64,000 bases of DNA from Nemertoderma westbladi (taxonomy: Eukaryota; Animalia; Xenacoelomorpha). The notes under the pieces were generated by a model. That model saw only the letters and a program-made list of their open reading frames with translations. It did no database searches and was not told where the DNA came from. Shown one piece after another: positions 56,143 through 64,000 of this stretch (within the stretch, counting starts at the first letter, position 1; every line of letters begins with the position of its first letter). The stretch covers positions 1 through 64,000 of the forward strand of contig JAUCBJ010005698.1 in NCBI GenBank assembly GCA_032718475.1, read 5' to 3'. Made by a program: the position numbers and the translations under genes.

Positions 56143-59100
56143 TGTCATTCGACATTCGACAACGACTTGGTAGAATGTCATGATGATAAAGTAAAACAAG
56201 ACAACTCCTCCAGCAAAACCAGTTGTGAAATTAGAAACTCTGCGGTTCAGTATTCAACACTAAGCCCAAACCGACATGAACACACACATATCAACAAACC
56301 AAAATCATCATCAAAAGGGGAATTTGAGAATGGTCTGTGGAATAATAAGGCGAAGTGCAAGAACAATGTCCCATCTATTCATAAGGTGAATCAGTATTGC
56401 AATCAAAATGATAACTGGAGAAACCATCCCAAAAGTCAAGCTGCTGCAGTTCGGCGTAATCAATAATCATAGCACACCGCACTATTACTCTAGCAGAGAA
56501 AATCTATCAGTTGGAACACACACAAAATCGTCTAATGGAACACAAAGCAGACATAAATACTATACGGAAATGGGAAATATTGGAAGTGAAGTGGGTAACT
56601 CCATATTATATTTAACAGGCATGAACATCTCCTGCTCCAAGGAACAGATAGTCGACTACTGCTCATCAGTGGATATAAAGAGTAATCGAATCTCAACCAG
56701 GATTTATAATGGGCAAAAGAACATGAGATCAGAGACAGGAAGACTAAATGCAGCAAAGCTAACCTCTACTAATTTCTGGCCGTCTGGTTTTGTATGCATT
56801 GACTGGCAGTTTAGACACTATGCATATCAGAGCAGCAGAGGGAAGACCTACAACGCACTGATCTACCACAACCCTTTCACAATCAGCAAGGACAGCATGC
56901 ACCGGTATCCAGGCCAATGGAAAGAATGCAACGAGAGTTCAATAACTATACAAGAAGAGATACAATTGGAGGAGGGCGAATTGAAACCCATAACTATCAA
57001 TAACTCAAAATCATCACTAAATGGCAATGGACTGAAAACTGGAATGTCTGGATCACTCTCCTGTGCAACACTGAACATAGGTGGTCTTGCATCTAACTGG
57101 AAGTATCTGGAAGAGTTCAGGATCATGCAGTAGTAGCTGTACAGGAACACTGGTGTGATCACTTCGAGATAGATAGATATAGATAGATAGATTTATTTAT
57201 ACATTATGTAAAAACAATAACAAATACACCAAACAATGTACCGGTATAAAGGTATTGTCCAACATAACATATAGGATTACCCCTAAAGCTTTGCAGCTTA
57301 TTTCCAAGGGGGTCCTTTATGTTACTTGGTTACAAATACAATATTACACTACGCTAACCTAAAACCAATATAAAACGTAATTACACTATGTACATGTACA
57401 ACTTTACCGAGAGCGTGACAATGCCCGACTCAACGATAAAGATGTAATGTACAGAACAATTTATTATAAAACGTAATTACAGTATAAATAGTAAATAATT
57501 AATAAACTAATAACTTACTGTAGGACTATTGTACCTATTTTTACATTGCACACGGAGATGAGATTTAACTGCAGATTTAAAAGAATGTTGATTATTTAGG
57601 TTTTTAATTTCATTAGGCAGAGCGTTCCAATTTTTTATGCCGTTAAAAAAGAAAGTATCAGATTCAAAGGATTTACAATTCGGGAGGTAGAAGTTTGAAG
57701 CACTAGCTCTGGTACTGTAAGAGTGTGTATCGCGTACTCTGTTGAATTTTTGTTTTAGGTAATTGGGACATTTACCATTATACACTTTATGCACATGGTT
57801 AAGGCGTAGCTGCTTAACTCTACTATCTAAGTTAAGTAGTCCAGATTCAGAAAAGTCATCTGGAGTTAGGTGGTGCCTAGGTTTGTAGTCTTTAATAAAT
57901 CGTACTACTTTATTCTGAGCTACTTGTAATTTACATTTAAGCTGTTTGGTTAAGCCTTCATACCAAGAAGAGCACGCATAGTCCATGTGACACTGTATTA
58001 AAGAAGAGCAAAGTAACTTGCGGGAGTCGGTGTTTAAACTATTTTTATTTCTGTATAGAAACCTAAGCCTACTGTTAACTTTCGAGAAAATATTTTTCAC
58101 TGTACTTTCTCCTGATAAGCAGTTATCCAATGTGGCGCCTAAATATTTAACTTCCTTTTTATTTTCAATCTTATGTCCATTACTAGTGACTTCAAACTTA
58201 GTTACCTTCTTTAACTTTATTTTGGAACCAAACAAAATACTTTCAGTTTTACCGTAGTGAATGGATAGCTTATTATCAACCAACCACTCATTACAGGATT
58301 CTAGAACTGCACTTAACTTTTGGGAAATAAATCAAGATAAATAAGATGACTGAAACATTTCAAAAATGGCTCCCAAACCACCATAGAGCGATCTATTCCA
58401 TTTCAGATAGAATGCAGTCCTCAACATGCAAAAGAGGGATTGGGGGGACCGCCTTAATACTAGATACAAGTCAACTCACTGACATTTCTCCGGTTCGTTC
58501 TGGATGTGATATTGTGGGAGCCCTTGCTAGCTTCAAAAATAGAAGATTACTGATACTTAGTGTATATGCTCCAGACTCCAATAAGGCTAAGAGTGATTAC
58601 TTAGACTTCATCGGTCGCTTAGAAGGAGTTATTGGACCTTATGGGACATACGATAAACTGATTCTGGGAGATTATAACGCAGTGACGAAATTCCTACGCA
58701 TCTTCAAGATGCACTACGTTCAAATTTTACGAAACAATTAAACAAGCTCCCGGAACAAGACTTTTCAGATATAATCTTAGAACTGGATGAGAAATGTGGA
58801 AATTCCGCTGCACCACACATCACAGCTAGCTGTATCCGATGTGCGATCCATAACCTCAACTTGAATAAATCACCAGATCTGAACTCAATGGTTGCTGAGC
58901 ATCTCTTAGCCCTAGATCCATGTTACATTGTTGCAATTCTGCAGACGATCTTCAATACAGCCTTGCGAATTGGTCATTGTCCCGAGTCCTTTGGTGAGAC
59001 CGTTGTTTTCTGTATTTATAAAGGGAAAGGCAAAGACCGTTCATCTCCAAGTTCATATAGACCAATTTCCTCCGTGAATCTCCTATCTAAAATTTTCTAA

Positions 59101-59152
59101 GCAATATGTCTCAAGGATTTTATCTGCAATATTCTGCCACACGATTCATCAA
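56143..59152 (+). mobile_element. Decayed CR1/L2-group LINE (ORF1 remnant, APE endonuclease, start of RT), 3'-truncated
   Basis: ORF1-like LYLTGMN..FWPSGFVCIDW; EN motifs ATLNIGGL, QEHW, GGTALI, LSVYAP, LILGDYNA; pre-RT KSPDLNSMVAEHL, IYKGKGKDR..SYRPIS. Confidence 0.85.
57167..58332 (-). mobile_element. 5'-truncated L2/Crack-like LINE 3' end nested in the LINE above
   Basis: NKLSIHYGKTESILFG, VKYLGATLD, SLIQCHMDYACSSW, LQVAQNK, WNALP..FKSAVKSHL; AATAAA plus (TATC)n tail on minus. Removal restores host frame QEHWCDHFEINKMTETF; short AGATA duplication. Confidence 0.9.
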
Positions 59153-62100
59153 TGAGTCAACCAATCACACGTAAGGATGCAGTCACTAAGAGTCAACCAA
59201 TCACACATAAGGACGCGCTCACTTTGGGTCAAACAATCACACGTAAGGATTCACTTAAGAGTCAACCAATCACACGTAAGGGCGTAAGGGCGCGCTCACT
59301 TAGAGTCAACCAATCACACGTAAGGATGCAGTCACTTAGAGTCAACCAATCACACATTAGGACGCGCTCACTTAGAGTCAACCAATCACACGTAAGGGCG
59401 CGCTCACTTTGGGTCAAACAATCACACGTAAGGACTCACTTAGAGTCAACCAATCACACGTAAGGGCGCGCTCACTTAGAGTCAACCAATCACACGTAAG
59501 GGCGCGCTCACTTAGAGTCAACCAATCACACGTAAGGGCGTAAGGGCGCGCTCACTTAGAGTCAACCAATCACACGTAAGGATGCAGTCACTTAGAGTCA
59601 ACCAATCACACATAAGAACGCGTTCACTTTGGGTCAAACAATCACACGTAAGGGCGCGCTCACTTAGAGTCAACCAATCACACGTAAGGGCGCGCTCACT
59701 TTGGGTCAAACAATCACACGTAAGGACTCACTTAGAGTCAACCAATCACACGTAAGGGCGCGCTCACTTAGAGTCAACCAATCACACGTAAGGGCGCGCT
59801 CACTTTGGGTCAAACAATCACACGTAAGGACTCACTTAGAGTCAACCAATCACACGTAAGGGCGCGCTCACTTAGAGTCAACCAATCACACGTAAGGGCA
59901 CGCTCACTTAGAGTCAACCAATCACACGTAAGGACTCACTTAGAATCAACCAATCACACGTAAGGGCGCGCCCACTTAGAGTCAACCAATCACACGTAAG
60001 GGCACGCTCACTTAGAGTCAACCAATCACACGTAAGGGCGCGCTCACTTTGGGTCAAACAATCACACGTAAGGACTCACTTAGAGTCAACCAATCACACG
60101 TAAGGGCGCGCTCACTTAGAGTCAACCAATCACACGTAAGGGCGCGCTCACTTTGGGTCAAACAATCACACGTAAGGACTCACTTAGAGTCAACCAATCA
60201 CACGTAAGGGCGGGCTCACTTAGAGTCAACCAATCACACGTAAGGGCGCGCTCACTTAGAGTCAACCAATCACACATATGGACGCGCTCACTTTGGGTCA
60301 AACAATCACACGTAAGGACTCACTTAGAGTCAACCAATCACACGTAAGGGCGCGCTCACTTAGAGTCAACCAATCACACGTAAGGATGCAGTCACTTAGA
60401 GTCAACCAATCACACATAAGGACGCGCTCACTTTGGGTCAAACAATCACACGTAAGGACTCACTTAGAGTCAACCAATCACACGTAAGGGCGCGCTCACT
60501 TAGAGTCAACCAATCACACGTAAGGGCGCGCTCACTTAGAGTCAACCAATCACACGTTAGGATGCAGTCACTTAGAGTCAACCAATCACACATAAGGACG
60601 CGCTCACTTTGGGTCAAACAATCACACGTAAGGATTCACTTAGAGTCAACCAATCACACGTAAGGGCGCGCTCACTTTGGGTTAAACAATCACACGTAAG
60701 GACTCACTTAGAGTCAACCAATCACACGTAAGGGCGCGCTCACTTAGAGTCAACCAATCACACGTAAGGATGCAGTCACTTAGAGTCAACCAATCACACG
60801 TAAGGGCGCGCTCACTTTGGGTCAAACAATCACACGTAAGGACTCACTTAGAGTCAACCAATCACACGTAAGGGCGCGCTCACTTAGAGTCAACCAATCA
60901 CACGTAAGGATGCAGTCACTTAGAGTCAACCAATCACACATAAGGACGCGCTCACTTTGGGTCAAACAATCACACGTAAGGGCGCGCTCACTTAGAGTCA
61001 ACCAATCACACGTAAGGGCGCGCTCACTTAGAGTCAACCAATCACACGTAAGGGCGCGCTCACTTAGAGTCAACCAATCACACGCAAGGGCTCGCTCACT
61101 TAGAGTCAACCAATCACACGCAAGGGCTCGCTCACTTAGAGTCAACCAATCACACGCAAGGGCTCGCTCACTTAGAGTCAACCAATCACACGCAAGGGCT
61201 CGCTCACTTAGAGTCAACCAATCACACGCAAGGGCTCGCTCACTTAGAGTCAACCAATCACCCGTAAGGATGCAGTCACTTAGAGTCAACCAACCACACA
61301 TAAGGACGCGCTCACTTTGGGTCAAACAATCACACGTACGGACTCACTTAGAGTCAACCAATCACACGTAAGGGCGCGCTCACTTAGAGTCAACCAATCA
61401 CACGTAAGGGCGCGCTCACTTAGAGTCAACCAATCACACGTAAGGACTCACTTAGAGTCAACCAATCACACGTAAGGACTCACTTAGAGTCAACCAATCA
61501 CACGTAAGGACTCACTTAGAGTCAACCAATCACACGTAAGGACTCACTTAGAGTCAACCAATCACACGTAAGGGCGCGCTCACTTTGGGTCAAACAATCA
61601 CACGTAAGGACTCACTTAGAGTCAACCAATCACACGTAAGGGCGCGCTCACTTAGAGTCAACCAATCACACGTAAGGATGCAGTCACTTAGAGTCAACCA
61701 ATCACACATAAGGACGCGCTCACTTTGGGTCAAACAATCACACGTAAGGGCGCGCTCACTTAGAGTCAACCAATCACACGTAAGGGCGCGCTCACTTAGA
61801 GTCAACCAACCACACGTAAGGGCGTGCTCACTTAGAGTCAACCAATCACACGCAAGGGCTCGCTCACTTAGAGTCAACCAATCACACGCAAGGGCTCGCT
61901 CACTTAGAGTCAACCAATCACACGCAAGGGCTCGCTCACTTAGAGTCAACCAATCACACGCAAGGGCTCGCTCACTTAGAGTCAACCAATCACACGCAAG
62001 GGCTCGCTCACTTAGAGTCAACCAATCACACGTAAGGACTCACTTAGAGTCAACCAATCACACGTAAGGACTCACTTAGAGTCAACCAATCACACGTAAG

Positions 62101-63034
62101 GGCGCGCTCACTTTGGGTCAAACAATCACACGTAAGGACTCACTTAGAGTCAACCAATCACACGTAAGGGCGCGCTCACTTAGAGTCAACCAATCACACA
62201 TAAAGGACTCGGTCACTAAGTCTGTAGTGGTGGTCAAATTAAATATTCAAATACATTTATGAAGTAAGTATCTTTTCAGATCAATTAATTTATTAATGGT
62301 TATTTTTTCCTTTCGATCTATTATTGAAACATGCAATTACAAGAAAGGTCAAAGGTCACCAAATGCGACTAAATGACACTTTGTAAAAACTCACCCATAA
62401 TTACTGCAAGTAATAATGGCCACGAAACAAAAGGTAGAAAAACTAATAACGGGGAACATTTAATTAATTAATTAACACTTAGATTTAATTAAAGACGATT
62501 ACTATGAAATTCCAATTAATGAAAAAGTTTAATAATTATTTGCTGTAACTTTATGACATAATCGTAACGAAGTTGGTTTACATCAGCCCTGACCCTGAAG
62601 GTGCAAAATTGTTTACGTTCTAAATTTTGAGAATTAAGTTAATCGGTAAACAAGAATAAATAAATCAATTTAGTATATCAAATTCATATTTACGAGCAAA
62701 ATCCAAAGAAAAATAAATATAATCGTCAAAATAACATCGGCCAATAAAAACATAAACATTGTAGCGAACTAAATCAATAAGCTAAGTTGTTAGTTAAAAG
62801 TGAAAGTAATTAAAGTAAATCCTTGATTATATTTAATTAATAAATAGCACCAATAAACAAAATATATTTTAATTTAAAGTAAACATGTAAAACAAGCAAC
62901 TAATCACTATAAATATTATATTCGAACAACTAAATCAACAAAGTGAATTCATTAACATAAGTATATTAAAGCACAGCTTTATTAGCGAAAATTAATTAAC
63001 TTGATGGCGCCCGGTGGTTTCTAGAACGTTTTTA

Positions 63035-64000
63035 TCACCTTTTTTTGGATTTTATTCTTGAGTTTTTACCCTTAAATTCTTCTATAAGTTCCTGCTGTGC
63101 CGCCAGTTTTTCGTTCATCGCCACCAGATGCTCGCTCATCATACTGAGCTGCTGCTCGTAACTGCCGCGAGTCCCGTTGAGTTCGTCCCGAAGGGCGACG
63201 CACTCGGCGTTCAGCGAACCGCACTCGCGCTCGGCCTCGACGCGTTTCCGCTCGTCCAACGCCAGTCTGCGGTGCAGCGTGCGGCACTCGGTGTGCAGAT
63301 GGACGCAACGCGACTCGGAGCTCTGAACGCGGACCGCCAACTCCTCGAGACGCCGAGAGTGGTGGGCGACTAGCAGAGCTTCCCGCGGGGCGACGTCATC
63401 CTCGAGGAACACTTCGCCGGAGGGTCGGGAAGGAGTCATCGAACCCAAGGAAGAGTAGTCGGTGATTAGGTTGGAGTTCCTCCGGTGTTCCGGTCCGACT
63501 TCCGGGCCGTCGCGCCCCTTAGCGGTGAGTCTCTGCAGCAGTTGGGCCTCGACCATCCAGTGTTGTTTCTGCTGCTCCAGCAGTCGTTGTCGTTCGTTTC
63601 CGCGCTCCGTCATGTCGGTTAGCTCCGCGCAACGGATACGGAGTTTCTCGAGACTCTCGCGGTTGGAGACGGCCTCGAGGTGGGGGATCGAATTGGAGTC
63701 GTTGGTGGTGGCGTGGAGGATAAACCGACGGGTCTGGGAGAGGAGTGAGGGGAGTAGGGAGGGGGGGAGGGAGGAGGAGGGGAGGGATGAGTTTCCAACG
63801 CAAGAATCTTCCAGGAACCCTCGAGTTCGAACCGGAAGCGACCCGGAACGGAGGAGCTCGGAGGAGTTCAGCTGTACCAACTCGGAGAGGCGGCTCAGCG
63901 ACTCCGCGAGGGCCGACAGCGCGGAGAACAAACAACGGTTGGTGGAGGAGAGTTGGGAGGAGGTGGTCGGCAACTCCTCCTCCAACTCGAGTTTATTCCT
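63035..64000 (-). CDS. PPP1R21: Protein phosphatase 1 regulatory subunit 21 (KLRAQ1), C-terminal part; 5' end outside the window
   Basis: LRDELNGTRGSYEQQLSMMSEHLVAMNEKL matches the conserved TTKRSYEDQ C-terminal motif; upstream coiled coils with KQHWMVEAQLL and REALLVAHH. Confidence 0.9.
   Translation of the reverse strand, partial: RNKLELEEELPTTSSQLSSTNRCLFSALSALAESLSRLSELVQLNSSELLRSGSLPVRTRGFLEDSCVGNSSLPSSSLPPSLLPSLLSQTRRFILHATTNDSNSIPHLEAVSNRESLEKLRIRCAELTDMTERGNERQRLLEQQKQHWMVEAQLLQRLTAKGRDGPEVGPEHRRNSNLITDYSSLGSMTPSRPSGEVFLEDDVAPREALLVAHHSRRLEELAVRVQSSESRCVHLHTECRTLHRRLALDERKRVEAERECGSLNAECVALRDELNGTRGSYEQQLSMMSEHLVAMNEKLAAQQELIEEFKGKNSRIKSKKR

Larger units (their letters stand above)
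55746..62215. repeat. 36/32-bp satellite (55746-56142 and 59153-62215) interrupted by nested LINEs
   Basis: Unit cgctcacttagagtcaaccaatcacacgtaagggcg with 32-bp ggactcac and tttgggtcaaac variants. Confidence 0.97.

Overview
AT-rich, repeat-dense genomic DNA from an invertebrate animal (spliceosomal GT-AG introns; no prokaryotic features). Four host genes, all on the minus strand: an intronless hnRNP R/Q (SYNCRIP-like) gene with an unusual N-terminal SAP domain, a 4-exon arylamine N-acetyltransferase, a 3-exon NOL10, and the 3' end of PPP1R21. The rest is mostly mobile DNA: (i) an EnSpm/CACTA-type DNA transposon (<1-9572) with a transposase and a second ORF combining zinc ribbons and a PWWP chromatin-reader domain; (ii) a young 12-kb BEL/Pao LTR element (41203-53263, 1239-bp LTRs, GAGGC target-site duplication) in NOL10 intron 1, which lacks RT and integrase, carries an orphan ORF, and has no tRNA primer-binding site but an exact 12-nt complement to a segment of its own LTR, suggesting Tf1-style self-priming; (iii) RTE and CR1/L2-like LINE fragments, hAT and pogo-like MITEs, a TGTG-bounded interspersed element, tRNA-derived SINEs, and several satellites, some born inside TIR elements. 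All calls were made by eye from the sequence and the ORF track; no database searches were run.
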